This document shows, in pieces, positions 1 through 12,247 of a stretch of 64,000 bases of DNA (position 1 is its first letter; every line of letters starts with the position of its first letter). The stretch comes from Octopus bimaculoides (lineage: Eukaryota). The stretch lies in NCBI RefSeq assembly GCF_001194135.2, contig NC_068996.1, positions 53,189,297-53,253,296 on the forward strand, given 5' to 3'. The translations under genes and the position numbers were made by a program. The notes beneath the pieces are model-generated. The model had not been told where the DNA came from, made no database searches, and was given only the letters and a program-made list of their open reading frames with translations.

Positions 1-72
<72 letters not shown>

Positions 73-184
73 TGAGAGACGGACAAATATAGATACATAC
101 ATATAGATAAATATACATAAAAACCAATACACACACATATATATGTATATATATCTGTGTATGTATGTATATATATATATAATC

Positions 185-447
185 AAGCAAAAGTAATAAA
201 CCTCATTAAGAGATCATAAATCTAATGAAAATACTGGTTAGTTACCAATCTATAGAAAGATCAACTATAAGGTAACCATATAAACCGTGGTTCATATATA
301 TTTAAAGAAAATGGAGAGGTAATTAATAAAATTATTTATTAATTATAAAATATGACAACATCTCTGACAGCTGTTTCAATTCAGAAATCTTTAGATAATT
401 AATTTATAAAATTAAAATCATTATAAGATGAATCTCTTCAGAGGTAG
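185..447. repeat. AT-rich dispersed repeat (segments A+B), hammerhead-bearing
   Basis: 299-447 matches 6063-6216 directly; 185-268 matches 6271-6353 in reverse complement. Confidence 0.8.
359..447 (-). ncRNA. Minimal hammerhead-like motif, copy 1 of an AT-rich repeat
   Basis: Minus strand: CTACCT-CTGAAGA-GATTCA...TGAATT-GAAAC-AGCT-GTC-AGAGATG. Palindromic ACAGCTGT stem III; stem I has only 2 contiguous bp. Confidence 0.55.
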
Positions 448-1281
448 AAATTCTCTTTGCAACCATGTGGCCTTGGGTTCAATTCCACTCTACAGAATCT
501 TGGGCAAGCGTCTTCCACTATAGATCCATCCTGACCAAAGCCTTGTGAGTGGATTTTGTTGACAGAAAGTATAATAAGCTTGTGAGTGTGTGTGTGTGTG
601 TGTGTGTACACACACACACACACATTCCTACCACTTGTCCTCACCCATCCAACACCCTTCTATATCCCTCTATCTTCCCTAACTCATAATTGTCCACCCA
701 GCCTTCAAATCCCACCCATTTTTGCAGTCTGCCTCACCGTTGCTTTATCTCCTTCCCATTCAATCTTGCAAACCACTCACCCATTCGCCCACCCCTACTC
801 ACTTTGTGCCTTCTAAAAAAGGTCTGCCTGGACACCTCATTGCCATTATTCATCTCTTGCAGCCCCTACTGATCAGTTTCTCTTCTTCTATCTCTCCTTT
901 TCCCTGCTAGATATGATTAGCCATGAAGATCCTCTACAAGGCTCTACTCCAATCACTCACCCCCACCTCATAGTTCCACACTCCCATCCTCTAGCTTGAT
1001 GCTGACACCCTAGGGGGGGTTGTAGTCCTGCGAGCTGCATGGTGACTCCAACTGAACAGGTGGTATAAAAATGATGATAACATCACTTAATATAATGTTA
1101 AAAATCAATTAATAAAAGGAAATATTTTAATATAAGTCAAACATAACATATTGGATGATATATATCAATTTCATATATGTTAAATTATAATGAAGGATAG
1201 AACAGCATTGAGTTATAACTTAGTCTATTAAGCTATTCAAAGGTAAATGAAATTATAAGAAGTATATGTTCTTGTAGCAAC

Positions 1282-1327
<46 letters not shown>

Positions 1328-1370
1328 ATATACAGTGACTGAGGTATGTAGCAGTATATATACACAAAGT

Positions 1371-1706
1371 AGCGCATGGCTCAGTGGTTAGAGCATCGAG
1401 CTTATGATCATGAGGTTGTGAGTTCGATTCCCGGACCGGGCTGTGTGTTGTGTTCTTGTGCAAGACACTTTATTTCATTTTACTCCAGTTCATTCATCTG
1501 TAAAAATGAGTTGAGACATCACTGGTGCCAAACTGTATCAGCCCCTTTGCCTTTCCCTTGGATAATATCGGTGGCGAGGTGAGTGGAAGCTGGTATGGCA
1601 TGGGCGACTGCTGGTCTTCCATAAACAACCTTGCCTGGACTTGTGCCTCAGAGGGTAACTTTTTAGGTGCAACCCCATGGTCATTCATTTCCGAAGGGGG
1701 TCTCCT
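1371..1706 (+). mobile_element. tRNA-derived SINE, family 1 (Meta-domain-like centre)
   Basis: A box TGGCTCAGTGG, B box GTTCGATTCC, then TGTTCTTG...CAAGACACTTTATTTCA. Other copies at 38958-39289 (+), 39749-40052 (-) and about 9010-9135 (-). Confidence 0.85.
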
Positions 1707-1989
1707 CCTCATATACACAGTTGTACCATGCCAGCATGGGTTGGAGAGTTTGACAGCAACCAAGGTTTCCAAGGACAGCATTGAGCTCTAATATCTGCTT
1801 TGGCATTGTTCTTTTTGTGAGTGATGGTAGTGGGTGGGGTGAACAGCAGGAGTAATAAGATGATACAGTTCCTGGGTGGGGATGGACAAGAGAGAAAAAT
1901 GACATGGTTGGGTAGTCTGTAGGAGCCATGGGTGGTGGGGTAGAGTCATTGTAAGACGGGTGAGAGCACAAAACAGCAATTCCAGAACT

Positions 1990-2240
1990 CAATTTCACTT
2001 AGGATGTCAAGTCTTTTCAAGAACTTCCAGAGATCCTGGTCCAGAGTTTTCTTTTCCATCAGGCTCAGGGGTCTGAGGTCAGCCTTCACCACTTCATCCC
2101 ATATTTTTTTGGGTCATTTTCTGCAGGCTTCAGCCACAATAAATGATTGGCATTTCTTTATAAACCTGTCCTCATACATCACAAGACAATAACCAGTGCA
2201 GTGTTCTTTCTTGCATACTACACCTGATTCCTCTCATGCC
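1990..2240 (-). mobile_element. RTE LINE 3' ORF remnant
   Basis: Degenerate PKKIWDEVVKADL motif, as in the other RTE copies. Confidence 0.55.
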
Positions 2241-2378
2241 CAGATATATATGTAACTGCCAACTCTGAAGAGCTCAGAGTTACATAAACATGCTGTTACC
2301 TAACATCTGGTTGAACCCCTAGTGTGAAACCAATTGGTAAGAGTATGCATAATGGTTATATAGTACTGTATACTTCGA

Positions 2379-2422
<44 letters not shown>

Positions 2423-2486
2423 CTTATATATGTTTCAACCAAAGATTGGTCCAGGCCATGTCCAATTTAATAGCACCACCTGATAG

Positions 2487-3465
2487 GATTATCTAAATCC
2501 TTTTTAAGTCAAGTTTTGTAGTATCATGGTCCATTTGAGTAGGGAGTTCTTGTTGAGTGAGTTGTATCCAGGTGTAGGTGGCTTATCTGGTATTCCTTGA
2601 AGAAATTTGTCCAGATTCCGTTTAAAGGAAATGGGATCCTTTTCCTTTTTGATCTGTTTCGGGAAAATGTTAAATAGGGCAGGGTCTGTTGAAGAAAATA
2701 AATTGTGCTGCTGTGTATTTATGTGTTGTGATCCTGAATTGGGTAGGGGACATATGGCCCATGGTCCTAGCCATGGGTGAATTTTGAAGCTAATGTTGAG
2801 GTCATTCAGACAATGCTGGTGGTATGTATTCCTCATCGTGCAAATGATGTATCGCTCACGGCAGCGCTGGAGTGAATAGAGTTTCAATGCTTTAAAGCAG
2901 TCCCAATAATCTACATCAGCCATGACCTTAATTTTTTTAGTGAATGCCCTCTGGGGTGATTCAATCTTTGAAATGCTTTGTTTTGTATGGGGAGACCACA
3001 AGGGGCAGCAGTATTTGAGGTGTGGCCGTACAAAGGAGGAGAAAAGTGGAATGATGACACCTTGTTCTCTGGACCGGAAGGATCTTAGGATCCAGGAGCT
3101 CATCTTATGAACTATATTGGCCTTATTGTTGATGTGGGCACTCCGGCTGAGACTGTTGTCAACAGTTACTCCTAGGTCTCTGATATAATTAGATACTTTG
3201 AGCGGTTCCCCTGAAGGAAGAGAGTTTGGCTGTTTTAACATAGTCTTTCTTTCAAAATACATCAGCTCAAATTTTCCTTCATTTAGTTGCATTTGTTTTT
3301 GTCTGCTCATTGACTCACAGCATGTAGATCAGTCTGGAGTCGGCTTCGGTCTTCTTCATTGATAATTTTCTGGAGCTTAGTGTCATCAGTGAATATTTTC
3401 ACTTTGCTGTGTTTTATGATGCTGGAAAGGTCATTTATATGGATTATAAAGAGGAGCAGGCCCAA
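2487..3465 (-). mobile_element. CR1-like LINE, 3' fragment of ORF2
   Basis: PLLF-like VLGLLLFIIHINDL...KIFTDDTK (degenerate YADD), RDLGV, VRPHLKYCCPLWSP, IESPQRAFTK, LYSLQRCRERY. Confidence 0.88.
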
Positions 3466-3714
3466 AACATCATCATCATCATCATTTAACATCCATTGTC
3501 CATGCTGGCATGGGTTGGGCAGTGTGACCAGGGCTGGCAAGCTGGGGAGCTGCACCAGACTCCAGTCTACATTGGCATGGTTTCTATAGCTGGACGCCCT
3601 TCCTAATGCTAACCATTTTACAGAATGTGCTGAGTGCTTTTTATGTGCCACTGCACAGGCACTTATACATGGTGCTGCAGAGGCACTTTGACATGGTATC
3701 ATATACATACATAT

Positions 3715-5027
3715 ATCATCATCTTTTAACATCTTATTTCTTTATTGCCCACAAGGGGCTAAACATAGAGGGGACAAACAAGGACAGACAAAGGGATTAC
3801 GTTGATTACATTGACCCTGAGTGCATAACTGGTACTTAATTTATCGACCCCGAAAGGATGAAAGGTAAAGTCAACCTCGGCTGAATTTGAATTCAGAATG
3901 TAACAGCAGACGAAATACTGCTAAGCATTTCGCCCGGCATGCTAACGTTTCTGCCAGCTCACCGCCTTTTAACATTTGTCGTCCATGCTGGCATGGGTTG
4001 GATAGTTTGACCAGAGCTGGTAAGCTAAGGGGCACTAGACTCCAGTCTGATTTGACATGGTTTCTACAGTTGGATGCTGCCCTCCCTAATGCCAACCACT
4101 TTACAGAGTGTAGTGGGTGCTTTTATGCACCACCGGTATGGGTGCCAGTTGCATGACACCAGTATCTGCCACAACTATGATTTCACTTAGCTTGATAGGT
4201 CTTCTTCTCAAGCACTGTATATTGCCTAAGGTTTCGGTCATTTGTCATTGCCACCATGAGGCCCAATGCATGAAAGGTACTCTTTATGTGTCACCAGTTC
4301 AGATGCCTGTTAAATGACACTGGCATCAGCCACATTGCCTCTGTGAGGCCCAACACTCAACAGGTGCGTTGTACATGCCACCGGCATGGGTGCCAGTTAC
4401 ACAACACTGGCATCAGTCACATTGCCTCCATGAGGCCCAACGCATGAAAGGTGTTTTTTTTATGTGCCACTTACATGACTCTGACATCAGCCACGACTAT
4501 GATTTCACTTGGCTTGATGGGTCTTCTCAAGCACAGCATATCACCAAAAGTCTTGGTCACTAGTCATTGCCTCCGTGAGGCTCAACATTCGAAGATCATG
4601 CTTCACCGCCTCATCCCATGTCTTCCTGGGTCTGCCTCTTTCACAGGTTCCCTCCATGGTTACAGATCAGCAATCCCTTCCACAGCTGTCCTCATCCATA
4701 CATAACACATGACCATACCAGCGCAGTCATTTCTCTTGCACACCACATCTGATGCCTCTTATGCCTAACTTTTCTCTCAAGATGCTTACACTCTGTTGAA
4801 CGTGCACACTGACATTACACATCCAGCAAAGCATACTAGCTTCATTTCTCTCATGCCTATGCATGTCCTCAGCTGTCACAGCCCATGTTTCACTGCTGTG
4901 TAGCTGTCTTCACACAGGCATCACACAATCTGCCTTTCACTGTCAGGGAGAGGTCTTTGTTACCAAGAGGTAGGAGCTCTCTAAACTTTGCCCAGCCTAT
5001 TCCTATTCTTGCAGCTGTGCTCTCACA
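3715..5027 (-). mobile_element. 5'-truncated RTE-clade LINE (ORF2 C-terminus, repetitive 3' UTR, (GAT)n tail)
   Basis: Homologous to 31440-32055 (FRELL, HSSET-like, RPRKTWDE motifs); the tail is interrupted by a SINE. Confidence 0.85.
3733..3968 (-). mobile_element. tRNA-derived SINE, family 2 (Nin-domain-like centre), inserted in an RTE tail
   Basis: Contains CTTTCATCCTTTCGGGGTCGATAAATTAAGTACCAG; flanked by direct repeat CTTTTAACAT (3723-3732 and 3966-3975). Other copies near 11977-12195, 13097-13310, 17958-18120, 55400-55575, 59130-59320 and 63597-63810. Confidence 0.85.
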
Positions 5028-5042
5028 GGGTTAGGGTTAGGG
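5028..5042 (+). repeat. Short telomeric tract GGG(TTAGGG)2
   Basis: Exact 2.5 units at the end of RTE homology. Confidence 0.6.
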
Positions 5043-5299
5043 AAGAGAGAGAAGCAGCAGATAGATAAACACAGCTTACAATTATTTACGTGGTGCATGT
5101 AAATGATGGTAATTGTATGTCTCAAGCCTAATTAGGTTTATTCATTTACTACCTCCATAACAGCTCAATTTGAATTTTCTCCTATGGCCACTCTCACTGT
5201 CATGAGCCTTGCCCTGGCAGAAAAAGTCGTTGGAATTTAAGTTCACACTCATTTGAGCATCATGATGTATATACTGAGCTTATTCTGCTCTCACCAATT

Positions 5300-5565
5300 C
5301 ACTGTCTGTCTGTCTGTCTGTCTTCTGTCTGTCTTCTGTCGGTATGTATGTGTTTGTCTGTATGTGTGCACGTGTGTGTATGTATGTATGTATATATGTG
5401 TGTATGTATGTATATATGTGTGTATGTATGTGTGTATGTATATATGTACGTATGTACATTTGTATATGTATGTATGGATAAATGTATGCATGGATGGATG
5501 GATGTGTGTATGTATGTATATATGGATAGATATATGCATTCATTCATTCATGCATGCATATGCAT
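5300..5565. repeat. Compound microsatellite (CTGT/GTAT/GT/GGAT)n
   Basis: Direct reading. Many other (AT)n, (CA)n, (AG)n, (TTA)n and (CAT)n tracts occur throughout (e.g. 1-68, 10490-10560, 12200-12260). Confidence 0.9.
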
Positions 5566-5801
5566 GACGGTGCCACATACTCCTGTGCTGGTGCTACATA
5601 AAAACCTTCCAGTACACTCTGTACAGTGGTTGGTATTAGAGAAGTCATCCAGCTGCAGAAACCTTTCCAAGACAGACATTTGGAGACTGCTAAAGCTACT
5701 TTTGCCAGCTCCTGTCAAACCGTCCAACCCATGCCAGCATGGAGAATGGACATTAAATGATGATAATGATGATGATGAAGAAGAAGAAGATGGCTGAGGA
5801 T

Positions 5802-5841
<40 letters not shown>

Positions 5842-6062
5842 GTGCGCGAACGAAAGTTGCTTAGAAGGTATGTTGACCTGATAAAGGGATGGTTACATCC
5901 AAGGAAACACTGGTTCTGTACCTAGTATTTTTGCGAAATGAAATTTCTTTAAATCAATAGGTATATGTATTAAGCATATAATTCGTGTTCAGTTAACTGA
6001 AAGAAAGAAAACGAAGAGTTAAAAGTTAATGATTATTTATTATTAAATATATATATATATAT

Positions 6063-6353
6063 ATTTAAAGAATAAGGAAAAAATGGAGAGGTACTTAATA
6101 AAATTATTTATTAATTATAAAATGACAACATCTCTGACAACTGTTTCGATTCAGAAATTTTTAGATAATTAATTATAAAATTAAAATAATTATAAGATGA
6201 ATCTCTTCAGAGGTAGTAAGGATATACCATTTAGAAATACATGTTGACATAATGGCTATAAAACCGTTAACAGTTGAACTTTCTATACATTGGTAACTAA
6301 TCAGTATTTTCATTAGATTTATGATCCCTTAATGAGGTTTATTACCTTTACTT
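6063..6353. repeat. AT-rich dispersed repeat (B + inverted A), hammerhead-bearing
   Basis: Second copy of the 185-447 family, bounded by (TA)n on both sides. Confidence 0.8.
6129..6216 (-). ncRNA. Minimal hammerhead-like motif, copy 2
   Basis: Minus strand: CTGAAGA-GATTCA...TGAATC-GAAAC-AGTT-GTC. Perfect 6-bp stem II with canonical G-C closure; stem I weak. Confidence 0.58.
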
Positions 6354-9300
6354 ATATATATATATATATATATATCAGACTGGAGCCTGGTGTTGCCATC
6401 CGGTTTCACCAGTCCTCAGTCAAATCGTCCAACCCATGCTAGCATGGAAAGCGGACGTTAAACGATGATGATGATGATGATGATGATATATATATATATG
6501 TATGAATGTATATATATAATCATGTAGTTACATACCCATACTTACCCACATCCAATCGTAGATAAGGCAATAAAATTAATTCAAAATTTTGGGGGTCAGA
6601 CTGGTGTGGGGACAGGAGAGTAGCATTATATCCAAGCATGAAAGAAAAATGGATAGGTACATAAAATATAGATATTATTGTATTTGATTTTTAGTTGCAA
6701 AAAGTAAGAAGCTTGTACTATTTATATGCAAATAGTAAATACAGTAAATTCAGTTTGTTCAAAACAGGAATCAGAATGCTTCTTACATTCTAACTAATAT
6801 ACTCTATATAAAGATTATTAATGTATATAATTATCTGTATAAAGTGTATGTTAATTAAATTATTTTTTATAAACATGCTATTTTTGAAGCTGAAAACAAT
6901 TTAGAAATGTTTATTTTCATGCCTACCCTATCTCAGTTCAAATCCCACTGGAATCATTTTTATATTTCTTTTCTTAGAGTGATAAAAAACAAATAAACAT
7001 TTAAGTATTCTACTAACGTTCATATCTTCTCTCATATTTTATTTTACAAAATTAATCATATGTTCAAGTTGGAATTTAATGTGAAATAAATAGGACACGA
7101 TGACATATTTTTAAATAGTTTTTAGTTGGATAATCTTTATTGAATTTATATTTAATTACAAGGAAACAAAGAAACAGAAAAATAAAAAAAAATGTATGGG
7201 GTGTGGAGGAATCAAGCAGCAGAGGTGGAGGGGAGGGATGATGGGTTACACACCCCAGAACAAATGTACATCTGTCCTGGGGTGTGTATTTTGTATTGGC
7301 TGTATATGTAAAATTTATATGTGAATATTCATTTTCCTGAGACATAGTCAGGGAGACCCCTTTTCCTAAAGAAAGGACCAGATTAACCAACCTTTCTAAA
7401 ATTATAATTTTCTACAAACGTTATCAAGTATTTTGACCCTAATCAATACCCAATTGTAAGACACTCTTTCTTTTCTAATATAATTTCATTCCCATCAACG
7501 ATGCATTATCAAAATATAAATCACCTGATCATATGACCAACACTCAGAAAATAAGAAAGGTGAAAATTAATCTGAGCAGGGTTTGAATGTAGAAAGTAAA
7601 AATCCTTAGCTAAACATCCTCATCAACATCACTTTACATCCACGTTTCTATGTCACCATGGTCAAAGACATTTCTTATTGGAAGATTGGTGCTTTTGTGT
7701 GTCATTTGGCTTGGCTTCTATGACTGCCCTTCCTATTGCCAACCATTTTACATGGCACCAACACTGGAGGAGTTGGTGAGACTGGGCCAAAGTAACTTCG
7801 GGTCTTTTTTATTCCCCGCCTTTTTGTGGCAGTTTTACTTTTTCGCTGTAGAGATGGAGGTTCCATCATTGTACGAGCACAGGAGGTTGGGTGTCTTGTA
7901 CTCAACTCAGTAAATGGGGAGTGTACAGAGCACTCAGCAACCTAAGGCATGTGGAGCAAGTAGGGAGGTGCGAAAGCAAAAATGTGTAGGTTGAGAGGAG
8001 GGACAGAAGTATGAGTGGAAAAAGTACTCAATAACCAAGAGTTTGGGTGATAAAGGAAGAGAGGGAGAGAGCAATGACATTAGAAAGACTAGAATGGACA
8101 GGAGGGTGAAAAGAGCAAATAGGAACAAATGGCAGGGATATTTTATAAATAGAGTCAAGACTGGAGAAATGATTTGCAATAGCAGAGGTGGATAACAGTA
8201 AGAGTGTTTGGTGGGAGTAGAGGTGGCCCCCCCAAAGAAAGAGATTGCCAGGTGATAGTATATAAGAGTGTATTGGATAAAGGGATGATTGTTGTCTTAT
8301 ATGTTGGCCTGGTGAAGGACGAGGGGTCAGAGTGATGAGCATATTGCAGTCAGCACAAATGGTAAAAAGATGAGAGACTGAAGGCTACAAGCTGAAAGAA
8401 GAGGGTGAGAAATGGGTAGCTGAAAGTGAAGATGTCAAAGATGTAAAGTCAGAGAGAAAGAAATATTATCTTCACAGATTTCTAAGCCTCTAAACACTTC
8501 ACTCATTTCAGAATAGTCAGGCCTTCTGCAGCACCACATATCACTAATCAGTACTGGTCCTTGTCATCTCCTCTGCAGTATCTTCAGCTCAATCTTCATT
8601 ACTTCATCTCAACTCTTCTTTGGTCTCCATAGGTTCCACTAACTTGTGGTGTTCAACACGTCCTTACACAGCAGTCATTCTCTACACACATCAATACAAT
8701 CTCCTTCCTTGTGCACTTTACCTGATTTCTCTTATACCCAGCCTTACCCCTCAGCTCATTTGTACTCTCTACTCACATTATGCATTCATCAGAGTGTGCT
8801 TGCTTTGTTTCTTCTTAGTTTTTGTAAATCTTCAATATTCAAGCCTGATATCTTGCTAGTACTATATACAATCTTCCCTTCACTCTGGGGAACAAGGAGG
8901 GCTAATATCTCCCTGATCTTTTCCCAACCTTTTCTTACTTTTAAAAAGAAGGTTACCTTCTTGAGTCATGCTGACTCATAGACAGGACGCCAGTCTATTG
9001 CAGGATTACTCACTTTTGCCAGCTGAGTGGACTGGAGCAAATGAAATAAAGTGTTTTGCTCAAGAACACAATGTGTCGCCCAGTCCAGGAGTTGAAACCT
9101 CAATCTTACAATCACAAGTCCAAAACCCTAACCACTAAGCTACTTCTTCTTACTTTGGCCATTATACTTTCTATTTCTAAACTAGGCATTTTGTCCGACA
9201 TTCTGCTGATTAACTGTTACTTCACATCCACCCTGCATATAAAAAGAAAAATTGTTTACTTGTTAGAAAAGCTTTCAATCACTCGACAGTGTGTCTCTGA

Positions 9301-10786
9301 TTTTCATCTTCTACTGTTGGGTGACCTACAAATAACAAAAGTAGATTTGGGTCTCTGGTTGTGAGAACTTGCTAATTTTCATGACACCTCCACCTGAATG
9401 CTGTCATTGAACTCCTTTATCTTTCTTTTTTTCACCCTCACCCATGCTATCCTATCCCTTTTCTCAGGTTATTCTTTTGTATTTTCTATAACATACTCAT
9501 ACAATTTCCTCTTGATCTGTTTTCTCACTGGTGACACCTCAAAGTGAACATTATCATATTAATGTCAGCCACTTATTTCTTTCTATAGCGTTCATGGTTG
9601 TAACAACACAATTATTACTACTACCCCACCCTCTGCAGCCTTTGAATTTTTCTTTCCAAAAGAATTTTTCAACCCAATGTATATATATATATGTAATATT
9701 AATGGTTTCTTGTTAGGAAACCAATAGATTTTATACAGGGCTGTAAGGAGAAGTGTTCAGAATAATTGAGACAAGAGTAAAATATTAGTTATAGAATAAA
9801 AAGACTGGGTTAACAACTCAACATATCACACCCCCTCAATGAACATATATAAGAAATACAACATAATCTGTCAAACATAAGGAATAAGAAGATATAATGT
9901 AAGAAGAAATAATAAATAAAAGAATAAGAAATGTATAAGAAGTAAGATGCAAGAAATAGAACATATAGTATAAAATAGTATACATGCTATTATTTATAAC
10001 TTTATGCGTTTGCTTCAAGAACCACTGTTTGAAAAAAGAATTATTTTAAAAGAATGTTTAGCTTTTATAATTCATAGAAGTGTATAATAAAGGAAACCCA
10101 GACACAGCTTGTATTTGTTGTGAGGTTTTGTCTTGTGAGTTCCTAGGTGACCTCACCAATGTTGGTGCCACATAAAAAGCACCCAGTACACGCTGTAAAG
10201 TGATTGGGGTTAGGAAGGGTAACCAGCCACAGAAACCATGCTAAAATAGACAGTTGAACAGTCCTTCAAAGTCTTCTGCCTTGCTAGCTCCTGTCAAACC
10301 ATCTAACCCATACCAGCATGGAAAACAGGCATTAAATGATGATGGTGGTGGTGGTATGTATGTATGTATGTATGTATGTTATTATTCAGTTTATTTCAAG
10401 ATTTCTTGCTAATAGAGAAAGAACCCATTTCTAACCTAGATCCAAGGCCCCTTCACTGGAATTTCAACATCAACAACAGGGTGTTTTTATTTGTTTGTAT
10501 GTATGTATGTATGCATGCATGTATGTATGCATGTATGTATGCATGTATGTATGCATGCAGATTTGTATGTTTTATGTATGTACTCTCATGCATATAGTTG
10601 CATATCTAGACATGCTCATTGATGGAAATGTACGTATGTATATTTGTTCCAAAAAAGAATTATTTCATATTCTCCCGAAAGTTTATGAATTCCTTTTTTG
10701 TTTCAAATATATAAAGTTATTGAAAATTACATTGTGTTTCTTACATTCCATTTATCCATTTTTGTTTTGTATCTTTTATTCTAAAG

Positions 10787-10866
10787 GAGCTGATGCTATA
10801 GTAATGCATAGCAAAAAGAGTGATCCGTCAGATATTGAATCATTTATGAAAGCTTGGAGCAATCAG
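10787..10866 (+). CDS. pepM: Phosphoenolpyruvate phosphomutase (PEP mutase), internal exon (first exon visible in window)
   Basis: AAG acceptor, CAG|GTAAG donor, phase 1 to 0. Encodes (G)[26 protein letters not shown], very close to Mytilus PEP mutase [27 protein letters not shown] as recalled. Confidence 0.92.
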
Positions 10867-11262
10867 GTAAGGTATTTTTTTTATCAGGTAAGATATTTTT
10901 TTAAAACTAACTTCCATTATGCCTCAATCTTCCTGCAAGTGATTGACTGAAAAAAATTCAGAACTGCATCTGCAACATCCAGTACATATCCAAAAGGTCT
11001 TGCATTGGAGAATCTGGGAAACCACTAAAGATAAGTGTGAATGGAGAACATCTAGATCAGGAATGGTTGAACGATTAATTTGCTGAAACAGAAAATCTAT
11101 AAATCTATGGAAGGAAAATCCATGCTTGATTCAGAACCACAGTGGAAATTTAGAAAGATAGAAGAAGCTCGTTGAAAAGCTACCCTGTAAGGCCAGCACA
11201 TATATCAGTTCAACATGATTTCCTGTACTGAAAAACATTATTTTTTTAAATGTTACATTAAT

Positions 11263-11481
11263 TACAAAGGGGTGCTGAAAAGTTCCTGGTTTGGGGTAAA
11301 ATAAAATACAGGAATATCTGTTAATTATGATTCTATTCAATAAATTCCCCTCTGAGGTTCACACTTATAGCAGTGGTCCTTCACTTTTTCTAAACCCCAT
11401 AAAAGAACTCAGAAGGTTAGTCCTCCAGTCAGGTCTTTCGCGATACTCTTAAAGCCAGGAACTTTTTAGCATCCCCTTGTA
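11263..11481. mobile_element. Mariner-derived MITE
   Basis: TIRs with GCTGAAAAGTTCCTGG core, TA TSD; reverse-complement relative of 54913-55130. Confidence 0.85.
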
Positions 11482-11976
11482 TACCTGCAGTTCCTGGCAT
11501 GTTGCTGCTGGCTTTGTCCTCTTGTCCATTACTGTTGGCGCCATCCTCTGTCACAGTGACAATCCTGTGCACATCCAAAACATCACATGGCATGCCATTT
11601 CATGAAAAGTGAGGAATATTTAGTCTTGAGAAAATGCAATAATTCTTGGTCTTAGGTACCAGCATTTTTCTTATACGTGATTTCAGCTTTGGTGTATGCT
11701 GAATAATTGTCCAAAAGAAAAAGATTTTTGCAGTTTGCTGGCAGACCTACAGAAGTGTAGCGTGCTCTGGCTTCTAGCACAAAAAATTTTCAAAACCAAT
11801 CTAGCATAATTTTTTTATTTGCATCGTATGTTACTGAGTAACCATCGACATGCAAATATGTGTGTGTGTGAGTGTGAGTGAGAGAGTGAGTGTGTCTTTG
11901 TGCATAATGAAGATGATGATGACTATTATTGTTATTATTATTATTATTTATTATTCTTGTTATTGTTGTTATTATT

Positions 11977-12195
11977 AAGGTGGTGAGCTGGCAGAATCAT
12001 TAGCACACCAGGCAAAATGCTTAGCAGCATTTCATCCGTCTTTAAGTTCTGAGTTCAAATTCCACTGACGTTCATTTTGCTTTTGATCCTTTTGGGGTCA
12101 ATGAAATAAGTACCAGTTGAGTACTGGGTCAATGTAATTGTCTATCCTCCTCCCCCAAATTTCAGGCCTTGTGCCTAGAGTAGAAAAGATTATTA
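11977..12195 (+). mobile_element. tRNA-derived SINE, family 2
   Basis: Head AAGGTGGTGAGCTGGCAGAATC, central GGGGTCAATGAAATAAGTACCAG, (TTA)n tail. Confidence 0.8.
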
Positions 12196-12196
12196 A

Positions 12197-12247
<51 letters not shown>

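Noticed and set aside
1371-1445. tRNA-like A/B boxes
   Set aside because: SINE heads continuing into SINE bodies; no complete cloverleaf, so not called as tRNA genes.
5253-5835. Cluster of ORFs rich in Y/I/H/T/V/C/M
   Set aside because: Translations of microsatellites and SINE/RTE tails.
7740-8450. Purine-rich stretches with endonuclease-like fragments (also 48780-49260, 60960-61400)
   Set aside because: Probably very old LINE remnants, but too decayed to assign a family or boundaries.
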